DNA of 64,000 nucleotides from a virus, in IMG/VR virus record IMGVR_UViG_3300017987_000071, positions 1 through 64,000 of that record; one strand, given 5' to 3'. Position 1 is the stretch's first letter, and the number at the start of each line of letters is the position of its first letter. Both the position numbers and the translations under genes were made by a program. Under the pieces are notes generated by a model. The model had not been told where the DNA came from. It did no database searches and worked only from the letters and a program-made list of their open reading frames with translations. Positions 39,997 to 48,710 of the stretch are shown in pieces.

Positions 39997-40535
39997 ATGT
40001 CTCCAAACTTAACGTCCTTAAACCTCTTCTTAAGGGATTTCATAAGCACACCCAATGTTTCCCACTTAGCCTTAACATCCTCAAGATTGCTGCCTTCAAT
40101 AGCACTCGGCAAATCTATATTAAGACTCTTATACTTATCCCAAAACGCTTGGTCGGCCCGCTCATAATCATCTTCCAACGCCAGCACCCCCTGCACCAAG
40201 CGAGTCTGGTATTCGGGGTCGCTTCTTCCACCCTTCTTAGCAAGTCCTTTAAGTTCCCTTAGAAAAATGTCTGCCTCACGCCCTGCTTTCTTGGCAAGGC
40301 GCTCATATTCTTTATGGCCTTTGACCCTGGGTCTCGTCGGCAGGCGACCAGCATCTCGAATCTTCTTGACTACCCATTCTGCAACCTTTCCAAGCGTCCA
40401 CCCGCCCAGCGCAATTGCTCCTGCCCCCACCAAACCAATCTCATCGAGTTGCTTTTCGACGAGGCGTCCAGCGAGGTGCTTGGGGTTTTTGCCTTCCAGT
40501 ACTTGATCCACACATGCACTAATTGCTTGATTCAT
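39993..40535 (-). CDS. Protein with N-terminal tag followed by a Gly-rich hydrophobic helix
   Basis: CVDQVLEGKNPKHLAGRLVEKQLDE then IGLVGAGAIALGGWTLG. Confidence 0.65.
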   Translation of the reverse strand: MNQAISACVDQVLEGKNPKHLAGRLVEKQLDEIGLVGAGAIALGGWTLGKVAEWVVKKIRDAGRLPTRPRVKGHKEYERLAKKAGREADIFLRELKGLAKKGGRSDPEYQTRLVQGVLALEDDYERADQAFWDKYKSLNIDLPSAIEGSNLEDVKAKWETLGVLMKSLKKRFKDVKFGDI

Positions 40536-40538
40536 CGC

Positions 40539-41213
40539 TTAGCTCCTTTTGCTAATCCTATGGATAATTGCTAACCCGTAACTATGCGGGTAATGCTTCA
40601 CAACGTAATAGCCTGTAGAGGTTTGGAAACCTCTAACGAAAGCGGCCTTCTCGTCCAGCGTCCCAAGCGCTACCTCTAGGAGGTGTTTCTCGATGGCTTG
40701 GATCACGCCACGATCAGGTTTATTGGTATCATGAAATATCATTATACCACCTTGCCTAACAAAAGGCAACCATGCAAGTATTTCTCTGCGGGTCATCTCT
40801 GGTTGGTGGCAGGTATCGAGCATCCAAACGTCGATATCTATGGGGTTGCGCTCATCGGAAGAGCGTGTAGCTCCCCAATACTCTTGGCACCATTGTGGGA
40901 AGCGCTTAGCAAACTGCACGCTATCTGCCTGTACAAAGGTCCATTCTGAATAAGAGCACACAGAATCACAATTTACGTGATCAACGCTTAGCAAAGCGCT
41001 AGAGACGTACTGTGCTACTTGGGCAAGAGCGAATGTACTTTCGCCGGAGCGGACACCGAGTTCTACGATGAGCGTAGGCTGAATTGTGATAGTTTCTTGG
41101 GCAATTGCTAGGAGATGATCGCTTATATCTGACGGGTGTGTGTTGGCGTAATGCTGGACGGCAGCGAGGACGTTGGCTTTGTTCAGTAATACAGACTTTT
41201 TATTGTTCTTCAT
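40539..41213 (-). CDS. Class I SAM methyltransferase (Methyltransf_24-like)
   Basis: IVELGVRSGEST, SVD, DS, D.CH, GG...FHDT. Confidence 0.85.
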   Translation of the reverse strand: MKNNKKSVLLNKANVLAAVQHYANTHPSDISDHLLAIAQETITIQPTLIVELGVRSGESTFALAQVAQYVSSALLSVDHVNCDSVCSYSEWTFVQADSVQFAKRFPQWCQEYWGATRSSDERNPIDIDVWMLDTCHQPEMTRREILAWLPFVRQGGIMIFHDTNKPDRGVIQAIEKHLLEVALGTLDEKAAFVRGFQTSTGYYVVKHYPHSYGLAIIHRISKRS

Positions 41214-41215
41214 TG

Positions 41216-41608
41216 CTAATCTTCCCAGCGCAAACCTGGGTTATCATCTCGCTTCCAGCGTTCCACGCAAGGGTCCTTAATCCCCTTGCTAACACGGTCA
41301 ACATGTTGGTACATTTGCTTAACGTCTTCAGCAGGATACCACCCACCTTTTAAGCAGACCATCTTGGATTTATATTCTTTACCCAAAATGATGAGGAGTT
41401 TCCAGATACGTATGACTCTAGCGAAGACCTTAACACCGGGTCGCTCACTGCATACCTCATAGGAGTGCTGACTAAAGAACGTAGAATGCTTTTCCTTAGC
41501 AAGTTTAAACGTAGGAGGCCACCACTTGCGTATTTCTTTACCTTGCCATGTGCTACCACACAGCGGGCAATGATGTGTACCGTTATCGTTTACTGATATA
41601 TGCTTCAT
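41216..41608 (-). CDS. Hypothetical protein (CxxC)
   Basis: Packed ORF. Confidence 0.45.
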   Translation of the reverse strand: MKHISVNDNGTHHCPLCGSTWQGKEIRKWWPPTFKLAKEKHSTFFSQHSYEVCSERPGVKVFARVIRIWKLLIILGKEYKSKMVCLKGGWYPAEDVKQMYQHVDRVSKGIKDPCVERWKRDDNPGLRWED

Positions 41609-41951
41609 CTTTTTTACTCCTTTGTTCTAATTCCTTGCGCCAAGCAGAAAGTTGTGCTTTCAGGTTTTGCCTTCTGCCAGATACTGTAACCTCATCAGAG
41701 CGACGCACAGATAGAGTCCAAAAGATACGTTTATTCTCCCAGTCACCGCGTAACCATCCGCACACCTCACAGCAACCGCTCTGCCCCCGGTCAAAACGTA
41801 GGGCGCTAACTAACGTTGCCACAGAAGTGGGGCAAGTATCACTAACGTATTCAAGTTTATGCTCCTCAAAGCATGTCTCACAAGCATATAGTCCCATTAG
41901 GTTCTCCTTTTTATGCTTACGCCTCCGCTTTTGCAATCTTAAGCGTACCAA
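41583..41951 (-). CDS. Hypothetical Cys-containing protein
   Basis: CETC...CEVC; true start probably MGLYAC. Confidence 0.45.
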   Translation of the reverse strand: MVRLRLQKRRRKHKKENLMGLYACETCFEEHKLEYVSDTCPTSVATLVSALRFDRGQSGCCEVCGWLRGDWENKRIFWTLSVRRSDEVTVSGRRQNLKAQLSAWRKELEQRSKKDEAYISKR

Positions 41952-42120
41952 CCAAGGGTTGTATACTCCGACGTGCTGCTTGCCTATTTTCTGCCTGCTG
42001 TGCTAAATCATTCAACACTTGCCTCTGCGTTCTGCTATAAGGAAACAACTTACAGTCATCGCAATCCTTATCAAAACATACGCAAAAAGAACCATAACGC
42101 TTTCCGTTATCAATCCCCAT
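41917..42120 (-). CDS. Small Cys-rich protein
   Basis: SD; C.C....C..C. Confidence 0.45.
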   Translation of the reverse strand: MGIDNGKRYGSFCVCFDKDCDDCKLFPYSRTQRQVLNDLAQQAENRQAARRSIQPLVGTLKIAKAEA

Positions 42121-42122
42121 GT

Positions 42123-42353
42123 TTATACTCCTAAACCCAACCTTGCTAAATCGTATCTGGTTGCAAAACGCTTGGCTGCATCTAGCAATGTAGTGACACG
42201 CTTTGCGATTGGGAATGATTCACGAATAGTGAATGCAAACTCCCAAGCGGGTTGCACTAGCATTGTGCCTGTTACTTTATTATCCTCAAAAACGATGCCC
42301 TCAAAACTAACATTAGTTACTGGTCTTATGTTAATATCACTTAGTGCCTTCAT
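42123..42353 (-). CDS. Hypothetical protein
   Basis: Packed ORF. Confidence 0.45.
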   Translation of the reverse strand: MKALSDINIRPVTNVSFEGIVFEDNKVTGTMLVQPAWEFAFTIRESFPIAKRVTTLLDAAKRFATRYDLARLGLGV

Positions 42354-42987
42354 TTGCTACCTTCTGAAGTGCTTCATAGCTTTTGAGTATTGCTTCTGCT
42401 TCTTCCAAGGTAATGGGATGCGGAGGGTTATCATCCTCCATAACCCAAATCTGCCCAGTGCATCCCCTATTCTTATACCAGGACATAACAACATAACCCT
42501 TTACCACATCCTCAGCAGCACTAGGAACCCTCAACACACCAAACGACCCAGCAGCCAAATCATCTCTGCATTTCCACCCATTACTATCAGATGCCACGTT
42601 TACCAAACCACGCAAGGCACTAGCAGTAGCACAGTTCCAATTATCCCTAGTAAAGACACCATTAGAGAAAGCACACTTCGGGTCCGACCCTTCCCAATCC
42701 TTGCCTTGTTGCTTACAGCGTGGGCAACACTTAGGTTGTGGTTCTGCTACTTCCTTAAGCAACTTGCATACAACATAAGCATCCTCATGAGTATCTTTAA
42801 GACCTGTCACCTTAAAAAGCAAGGCATCATCAAGAGCCACAGCGAAAGAATGTTGGCAATGAGAACAACGAATCTTAACATCAAAACATATACCACGTTG
42901 AGACAGGGTTGAGAAAAACTCACCTGAAATTGGTATCGAAACGGTGGCAGGCGTACCACAAACCGAACAGCATATTTCTTTAATCAT
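42337..42987 (-). CDS. Multi-Zn-ribbon hypothetical protein
   Basis: Three CxxC; NWNCAT, WYKNRG.T. Confidence 0.55.
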   Translation of the reverse strand: MIKEICCSVCGTPATVSIPISGEFFSTLSQRGICFDVKIRCSHCQHSFAVALDDALLFKVTGLKDTHEDAYVVCKLLKEVAEPQPKCCPRCKQQGKDWEGSDPKCAFSNGVFTRDNWNCATASALRGLVNVASDSNGWKCRDDLAAGSFGVLRVPSAAEDVVKGYVVMSWYKNRGCTGQIWVMEDDNPPHPITLEEAEAILKSYEALQKVANEGTK

Positions 42988-43124
42988 TTGTTACTCCTCT
43001 TATCCGTCATCACAATCTCCTTCCTGCACTTAGAGCAAAAGAAACCGTAATGCACACTGCCATCTGCTTGCTCAGCACTCCACAATAATGGAGACATAAA
43101 ATGGTTACAAACTGGGCATCTCAT
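42984..43124 (-). CDS. 46-aa Zn-ribbon protein (not in the ORF track)
   Basis: Read by hand: MRCPVCNHFMSPLLWSAEQADGSVHYGFFCSKCRKEIVMTDKRSNK; ATGA overlaps at both ends. Confidence 0.6.
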   Translation of the reverse strand: MRCPVCNHFMSPLLWSAEQADGSVHYGFFCSKCRKEIVMTDKRSNK

Positions 43125-43324
43125 TGTTCTACCCTAACGCCCAGCGACTCATCTACACTTATGGTAAATGGCTTCAAGCAACGTGGGCAATCTGGCTCAA
43201 CAGTCGAATTGCTTTTAGCATTTAAAACTATACTGCCAGGCAGCACCACATGCTTCTTGCAGTGTGGGCAGCGAAGTGTTATGCTTTCGTTTATCGGGTC
43301 GATACGGTTTACGTCAGTCATCAC
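43121..43324 (-). CDS. Small Zn-ribbon protein
   Basis: CPHC...CPRC; SD. Confidence 0.55.
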   Translation of the reverse strand: MMTDVNRIDPINESITLRCPHCKKHVVLPGSIVLNAKSNSTVEPDCPRCLKPFTISVDESLGVRVEQ

Positions 43325-43550
43325 TGTCCTCCTCGCATACCTTCACACCATGCTTCTCAAGTTCTGCCTTCCAAGCGTCCTGCATTTCTTTAGAGCAGTG
43401 TGCCATAGCGTCTAGCCAAGTCGGATATCTCCCATATGTATTCTGAAATAACACACTGTAATACATAGACTGCTTATTATGTGGCATCCTTGGGTCATGC
43501 TTAGTAGCACAAACCTGGCAATGACCCTGGGGAGGAGAAAGCATGTACAT
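43314..43550 (-). CDS. Small phage protein (C..C...H.P..PH, PTW.DAMAHC)
   Basis: Metal-binding-like motif pattern. Confidence 0.55.
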   Translation of the reverse strand: MYMLSPPQGHCQVCATKHDPRMPHNKQSMYYSVLFQNTYGRYPTWLDAMAHCSKEMQDAWKAELEKHGVKVCEEDSDD

Positions 43551-43593
43551 ACCTGCCCCCTCACTTTTAGTAGTAGTAGTATTTGAACTCACC

Positions 43594-44172
43594 TCAAATT
43601 CCTTTACGCAAACGCTTAGGGGTAACAAACCCCAAGCAACCAACACCATGCCCCTTGCGATACAAGAGGCTAAACTTTGTTTTATGTTTCTGCTTCATAG
43701 CAAACTTTTCCCAAACCTCTGCCAGTTTGTGACCAGGATGGTAAAGATCATCGAAAACGATCACGTCAGCAAACTCACTAACGTTCAGCAAATCTGTCAT
43801 TGCTGGCACAGGATCATGATCCCCATCAACGGTAACCAAATCTATCCTTGTATTCGGATTCGCTCGACGCCATTGGGGTATAACTATTTTGCTATCTCCA
43901 TCCAGATACGTAACTTCACCCTTAAAGTCTCTAAGTCTATCATCAACATGCTGATGATTCGTGGCACCACAACCACCATGCTTTCCGGTCCACGAATCAC
44001 AAACATAAATCTGCTCCAACTTAGGAGCATTATCTACAACAGCAAATAAACTTCGACCGGTTGCTACCCCAATCTCCATATAGGAGCGAATGTCAAACTT
44101 CTTGACGTAGTTTATCAAGAAGTTACTTAGGTAGTGGTCGGAGTACCGCTGGTTAACTACTCGTAGTTTCAT
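43594..44172 (-). CDS. Class I SAM methyltransferase (Methyltransf_24-like)
   Basis: YMEIGV..GRS, DSW, GDS, VDGDH, VFDD; start at MKLRVV. Confidence 0.85.
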   Translation of the reverse strand: MKLRVVNQRYSDHYLSNFLINYVKKFDIRSYMEIGVATGRSLFAVVDNAPKLEQIYVCDSWTGKHGGCGATNHQHVDDRLRDFKGEVTYLDGDSKIVIPQWRRANPNTRIDLVTVDGDHDPVPAMTDLLNVSEFADVIVFDDLYHPGHKLAEVWEKFAMKQKHKTKFSLLYRKGHGVGCLGFVTPKRLRKGI

Positions 44173-44176
44173 CCTC

Positions 44177-44428
44177 TTACTCCTTATGCTTTCCATACCC
44201 ATTAGGAAACCGCCAACGCATTTCTTCAAAGTCAGCGGCCAACCGCAAAACTTCATGCTTTGCGATATCACTAACCTCCCCCGAATCCCGGTCGCCACGA
44301 TTATGCTGGACGACATAATCGTGGAACTCACGGGTATCAAACTCTGGATTCTTTTCAAGAAAACGAGAGTAATATCGCCCACCATAAAAGTTATAATAAT
44401 CGTAAGGCATAACCATAAACCACCTCAA
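44177..44428 (-). CDS. Hypothetical protein
   Basis: Packed ORF. Confidence 0.45.
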   Translation of the reverse strand: MRWFMVMPYDYYNFYGGRYYSRFLEKNPEFDTREFHDYVVQHNRGDRDSGEVSDIAKHEVLRLAADFEEMRWRFPNGYGKHKE

Positions 44429-44841
44429 TTCAACCGAAAATCACCAACAAGATTCATCACACCTTGCTTTATTTGATCGCGCTTCTGCGTAAGATCAAAG
44501 TAATACTTAGACGCTACAGGATCACCACAACAACAACAACACATATAACAAACACAAATAACAACATCAATAGTCTCATGCAAAAACAACTGAATAATAT
44601 CTGCAAGGCGTGCTGTCTGAACAGGTACACCCGCTTTACCCAAACTACCTATAGCATCAAAAATAATCACACCCGGCTCCCGCCCACCAAAGTATGAAAG
44701 CAACTCGGACTCCATCCCTATAACCGCAGTATCATACTCCAACACGCCAATCTTGCCCTCCTCCATAACAGGCACAAACCCACTACCATTAACTGCCTGT
44801 ACATAGCATGGGCAAGGTTCTCTCATTTTAACATTATCCAT
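44425..44841 (-). CDS. Hypothetical protein with a poly-Cys run
   Basis: CVCYMCCCCCG. Confidence 0.45.
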   Translation of the reverse strand: MDNVKMREPCPCYVQAVNGSGFVPVMEEGKIGVLEYDTAVIGMESELLSYFGGREPGVIIFDAIGSLGKAGVPVQTARLADIIQLFLHETIDVVICVCYMCCCCCGDPVASKYYFDLTQKRDQIKQGVMNLVGDFRLN

Positions 44842-45100
44842 CTATCCACTCCCTTGGTATATCAAACATTTCCAGTGAAACATCCACATCACCTCTGCTT
44901 ATCGCCCCCTGCAAATAGTAGTTCGTAAAGCAACAATGAGCAAACTTTGGTTTAGTGGGGTCATAATCATCCACCATGCCCGTCGCTAAAGGAAACACCT
45001 TAGCACCTGTTTGCGTTTTCCTGTAGATATTTTGTCCCGTTATAGCATATATTGCCTGCCAATCGTTATGCTTCAAATAATACACGCTTAGCTTCCTCAC
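44834..45100 (-). CDS. Hypothetical protein
   Basis: Packed ORF. Confidence 0.4.
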   Translation of the reverse strand: MRKLSVYYLKHNDWQAIYAITGQNIYRKTQTGAKVFPLATGMVDDYDPTKPKFAHCCFTNYYLQGAISRGDVDVSLEMFDIPREWIDG

Positions 45101-45257
45101 TTAACTCAATCCCATTACCACAAAACGGGCAAAAGACAACCCGCTCAACAGTTGGTTGCTCAGGAGTAAAATCCCAGAAGGCAACGCCACCACCAAGCGT
45201 AGGCAATTCATCACTAAGCACGTCACGCTGGCAGCTATTACAATAACCTACTTTCAT
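45066..45257 (-). CDS. Small Zn-ribbon protein
   Basis: CNSC...CPFCG. Confidence 0.5.
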   Translation of the reverse strand: MKVGYCNSCQRDVLSDELPTLGGGVAFWDFTPEQPTVERVVFCPFCGNGIELSEEAKRVLFEA

Positions 45258-45481
45258 CCATCAGTTCTCCTCCACGACCCACCTCGCTTATGCTCAGGCA
45301 GACTTGCCATAAACTTATATTCTGCTTTCTTACAATTGTGAGGGTTGCCACTGCAATATTTTACCCAAGGCAAACCGCCACCCATATAAACATCCTTACC
45401 TGCTACCACCTCATAGAAGCTACACACCGAGCCACAATTCTGTGGCTTACTAGGATTATGTCTTGGCTTTCCCTTCCCCAT
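45254..45481 (-). CDS. Small basic protein
   Basis: Start at MGKGKPRHNP after GGAGG. Confidence 0.5.
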   Translation of the reverse strand: MGKGKPRHNPSKPQNCGSVCSFYEVVAGKDVYMGGGLPWVKYCSGNPHNCKKAEYKFMASLPEHKRGGSWRRTDG

Positions 45482-45788
45482 GCTCGTTGCCTCCACGCTT
45501 AACAGGATGTTTAGGGTCCCTATATATCCAAGCATCTGGCGATGTAGCCCCACCAGTTTCTTGTACGCCCATAGCAGCAACCAACTTCTTATCAGGTAAC
45601 CCCTTTATGAAGTCCTGCCACGCTTCATCCACATCCACCGTATCCTTAATCTCGGATATCTCTTGCGGTTTGCCTTCGCGTTCTACCTCCTCATGGTAGT
45701 CCGCCAGCAACCGCAAAGCATCCGACAACCCACCGTTAAAGTCATCAGGTAAAGCAAACGCTATAAACTCAGCATACAATATTTTCAT
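45456..45788 (-). CDS. Hypothetical protein
   Basis: Start at MKILY after GGAG. Confidence 0.5.
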   Translation of the reverse strand: MKILYAEFIAFALPDDFNGGLSDALRLLADYHEEVEREGKPQEISEIKDTVDVDEAWQDFIKGLPDKKLVAAMGVQETGGATSPDAWIYRDPKHPVKRGGNEHGEGKAKT

Positions 45789-45824
45789 CCAGTCATCTCC
45801 TTTGCAGTTGAACCTCTGCACTAC

Positions 45825-46052
45825 CTATTCTCCCCTAGCACTAAGTCCGTCGCAGCAACCTCTACACCATTCCTCACTCTCTTCAAATGCAATAGTTGCC
45901 CATAACGTAGCAGACACATTGTGAGGATTGTCTTTAAGAGAATCGCCACGCAACCCAGCAACGAAGCCAGCACAATAAGCACCAACATAAATCTCGTTAT
46001 CAGGAAGTGTAAACTCATCGTACCCTTCCAACTCAGCAATTGATAGCGTCAT
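45825..46052 (-). CDS. RMF-like fold small protein
   Basis: AYCAGFVAGLRG....NPH...EW.RG..DG. Confidence 0.5.
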   Translation of the reverse strand: MTLSIAELEGYDEFTLPDNEIYVGAYCAGFVAGLRGDSLKDNPHNVSATLWATIAFEESEEWCRGCCDGLSARGE

Positions 46053-46293
46053 CTTCAGGCTTCCTATTTAATCTCCACAACCTTATATGTTGCCCAGTCA
46101 TGTTACCATAAAACCAATAACGGCAACACCTAGCGACAAGACTATCCAAATCGCAAGGATGGGGTGGGCCAAACGGATTATGACCACAACCAGCACCAAA
46201 CATACCAGCAATAAAACCTCTGTTATACACAGTAGCAAAAAGAAACTCCTTTGGAGGATCATAACCCTCATATCTCATCAAACCATTACCCAT
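46033..46293 (-). CDS. RMF-like fold small protein
   Basis: YNRGFIAGMFG....NPF...YW.YG..TG. Confidence 0.5.
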   Translation of the reverse strand: MGNGLMRYEGYDPPKEFLFATVYNRGFIAGMFGAGCGHNPFGPPHPCDLDSLVARCCRYWFYGNMTGQHIRLWRLNRKPEDDAINC

Positions 46294-46306
46294 TGAATCC
46301 CCCACC

Positions 46307-46882
46307 CTACTTATTAGGCAAGGGGCAAATATGCTCCTTGTCCTGCGGGTCGCAATACACAAGGTTCTTAAGCATAACATGCTCACCTAAAAAAGGGTTA
46401 TCTACCTTAGACACAGGCAAATAAAACTTCCCCCACCCTGACTGCACATATGCTAAAGTCATATGAGGAATGTACTCATCGTGTGTTGGTGGCACACAAT
46501 CCAACTTGCCAGTAGCATACCCAAACATCGTATGGCAATCCAAGGACTTTACGTCCACTTTAAGCACATCTGCTTCCTCGTTCTCGAATAGCGTAATATT
46601 CTGCAACTCACACCATAACGTGTTAACAGGAGCATTTGCTACTGCTTTACGCACCTCGTTAACCGGGGACTTAATCCCCCATTTAACTGTAATATGTGGT
46701 GGGGACTTATCCAACGCCTCCACTAACCGACTACTAGGAATACGTTTGCCCCAACGTAATACATTATCAGCAATTGCTTTGGGCATCCGTGCTACCAAGC
46801 AACCCACCGATTTGTTCTTTCGCTCCTCAAGGAGCACCGAGCGCCAAAATGTATTTTGGCGTTTTGCAGACTCAATCATCAA
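46307..46882 (-). CDS. 2H phosphoesterase (T4 gp57B/Acb1-like)
   Basis: Two HxT motifs: PHITVKWG and Y.PHMTLAY. Confidence 0.8.
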   Translation of the reverse strand: MMIESAKRQNTFWRSVLLEERKNKSVGCLVARMPKAIADNVLRWGKRIPSSRLVEALDKSPPHITVKWGIKSPVNEVRKAVANAPVNTLWCELQNITLFENEEADVLKVDVKSLDCHTMFGYATGKLDCVPPTHDEYIPHMTLAYVQSGWGKFYLPVSKVDNPFLGEHVMLKNLVYCDPQDKEHICPLPNK

Positions 46883-47501
46883 CCTCCTCCTGCTTTTGCT
46901 TATATTTAATGCAATGAAAATCGTTATCCACTAAAGCATTGTTCAATAAAAAACATGCTCCTACATGCGAGTTGCAAGGTTCCCAATGCTCACAATTGCC
47001 ACAAGCTTCATAACCATCTATGCTCTTAGCTAAATGCAAAAGTGCATTACAATCAACAAGAAAGTAAGCACAGTAGAAATCAAGGGGAAGATCATGACAA
47101 TCAAGTTGGGAGCAATAACCGTTAGGATGATAATGAATGCAAATATTACAAGCCTCATCCAACAAACCAAGCCTACCTAGCAATTTAGCAGCACGCCCAA
47201 ACTCACCTATAGTTGCTTCCTCCAACTCATTTTCCAATAACTCCTGTATATCCTCCTCTTGCTCTAAATCCTTATTGTATTTCAAATGCTGCCACAACAT
47301 ACACTTTTGCCAATGAACTTCATCAAATATCCTAAGAGACCGCTGTAACTCCCAACGCTCCCCACTCTTGGTTTTCACCTTATAGCGATGAGTCCAACCA
47401 CAAGCTTGCACATCAACAACCTCACCATCCCAGGCACACAACGCTATACCCGGCCTGACAACAGATACACGCTGTCCTTTGCGAAACTCTTGCTTACACA
47501 T
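46872..47501 (-). CDS. Hypothetical protein (SH3/KOW-like N-terminus, two C..C.H....G.C Cys repeats)
   Basis: Start at MCKQEF. Confidence 0.5.
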   Translation of the reverse strand: MCKQEFRKGQRVSVVRPGIALCAWDGEVVDVQACGWTHRYKVKTKSGERWELQRSLRIFDEVHWQKCMLWQHLKYNKDLEQEEDIQELLENELEEATIGEFGRAAKLLGRLGLLDEACNICIHYHPNGYCSQLDCHDLPLDFYCAYFLVDCNALLHLAKSIDGYEACGNCEHWEPCNSHVGACFLLNNALVDNDFHCIKYKQKQEEVDD

Positions 47502-47865
47502 TTTGCTGTCTCCAATCAGGGCAAACCTTCTTACCAACCCTATGCCACATATGCAATGTAAAAGGATGCCGAGGTGGGCGACCTTTAGCATAAGCCCACT
47601 GATCATAGTTCTTACATGCCTGCTCATACTCAGTCTGGGGAGGCAACACCAACAATACTTCCTGATTCTCACTGATAAAGTAACCCCTTACATCCTGTAT
47701 ATCTTGCAAACTTGGCAACGCAGAAGCACGACTAACAGATAAATGCTGCCACAAACCATCACTATACTTCTCTTCTGATAAAATCACAGCAAGGCCATCC
47801 TCTTCTCGCGTATAGGCTTTTGCCCCAGGCAAAACCTCCAAAACTCTCTCAACCCACTTACTCAT
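47494..47865 (-). CDS. Phage protein with W.HLSVS...LPP...Y...HP..LH.W motif
   Basis: Motif pattern recalled from other phage hypothetical proteins. Confidence 0.55.
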   Translation of the reverse strand: MSKWVERVLEVLPGAKAYTREEDGLAVILSEEKYSDGLWQHLSVSRASALPSLQDIQDVRGYFISENQEVLLVLPPQTEYEQACKNYDQWAYAKGRPPRHPFTLHMWHRVGKKVCPDWRQQNV

Positions 47866-47950
47866 AATCACCCCCCAACAAAACACTAACGCAGACAGCA
47901 ATGCTAACTGCACATAACCCAACCAAATAATTCACAGTGTCCCCTTTATT

Positions 47951-48322
47951 CTAGCACAGCAACGACAAAGCAAATAGCAATGCTAGATGCCACACGTTAT
48001 CCACAACAATGACAAATGTAATATACGTTCCTGGAAAATGTTCCTGGAAATGCTTAAACTGGCCACGCCATTGCATCATCAACTGAGGCAACCTCAACCA
48101 GTCCTGAACGCTATGGGTAATCCAAAGAATCAACACACACCACCAAGGCCACCGGCGACCTACAGCATAACCACAACCATAAATGCTTAGAGTAACCAAT
48201 GCCCCATGAAACAGTGCGATAAGCAAACCCAACCAGCGCCGGTTCTTCCATTGCTTATTATTCGCTTCCCAATCAGACTGCAAAATATAATCACCAATCA
48301 ATAACCCAATCAAATAATCCAT
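47951..48322 (-). CDS. DUF3307-like membrane protein
   Basis: GDY.LQ..W...K, H, H..QD, DN..H with TM segments. Confidence 0.7.
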   Translation of the reverse strand: MDYLIGLLIGDYILQSDWEANNKQWKNRRWLGLLIALFHGALVTLSIYGCGYAVGRRWPWWCVLILWITHSVQDWLRLPQLMMQWRGQFKHFQEHFPGTYITFVIVVDNVWHLALLFALSLLC

Positions 48323-48418
48323 ACTTATCTCCTTTGTCCAACGGCAGCAGAGTGCCATGCTTCTCTGCTGCCCCAAATATAAACTTACCTTCTAGCTTAT
48401 TCTATTATGCCAAAAAGA

Positions 48419-48655
48419 TTATCTAAACCCCGTGGGGTAGTCCACACCTGCAAACAACCCACTGGCAAACCCTCCTAGCGTATACGATTTAACTGTTCTT
48501 TGCTGTTGCGAATTATAAGAAGGTAAGATACACAAGTACCGAAGTTTGTGGATAGGATTACCGTTAGGCAAAATCTTCAAATACTGAATAACACAAACCA
48601 TCACGGCTTTCGGATACTTGCCAAATAATCTATAACCACAATCAAGTTCACTCAT
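48419..48655 (-). CDS. Hypothetical protein
   Basis: ORF with weak SD. Confidence 0.4.
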   Translation of the reverse strand: MSELDCGYRLFGKYPKAVMVCVIQYLKILPNGNPIHKLRYLCILPSYNSQQQRTVKSYTLGGFASGLFAGVDYPTGFR

Positions 48656-48710
48656 AATCCCACCAAACTACTGTACACAACCTGGGAATTTCGCCATAAA
48701 CGTACACTAG

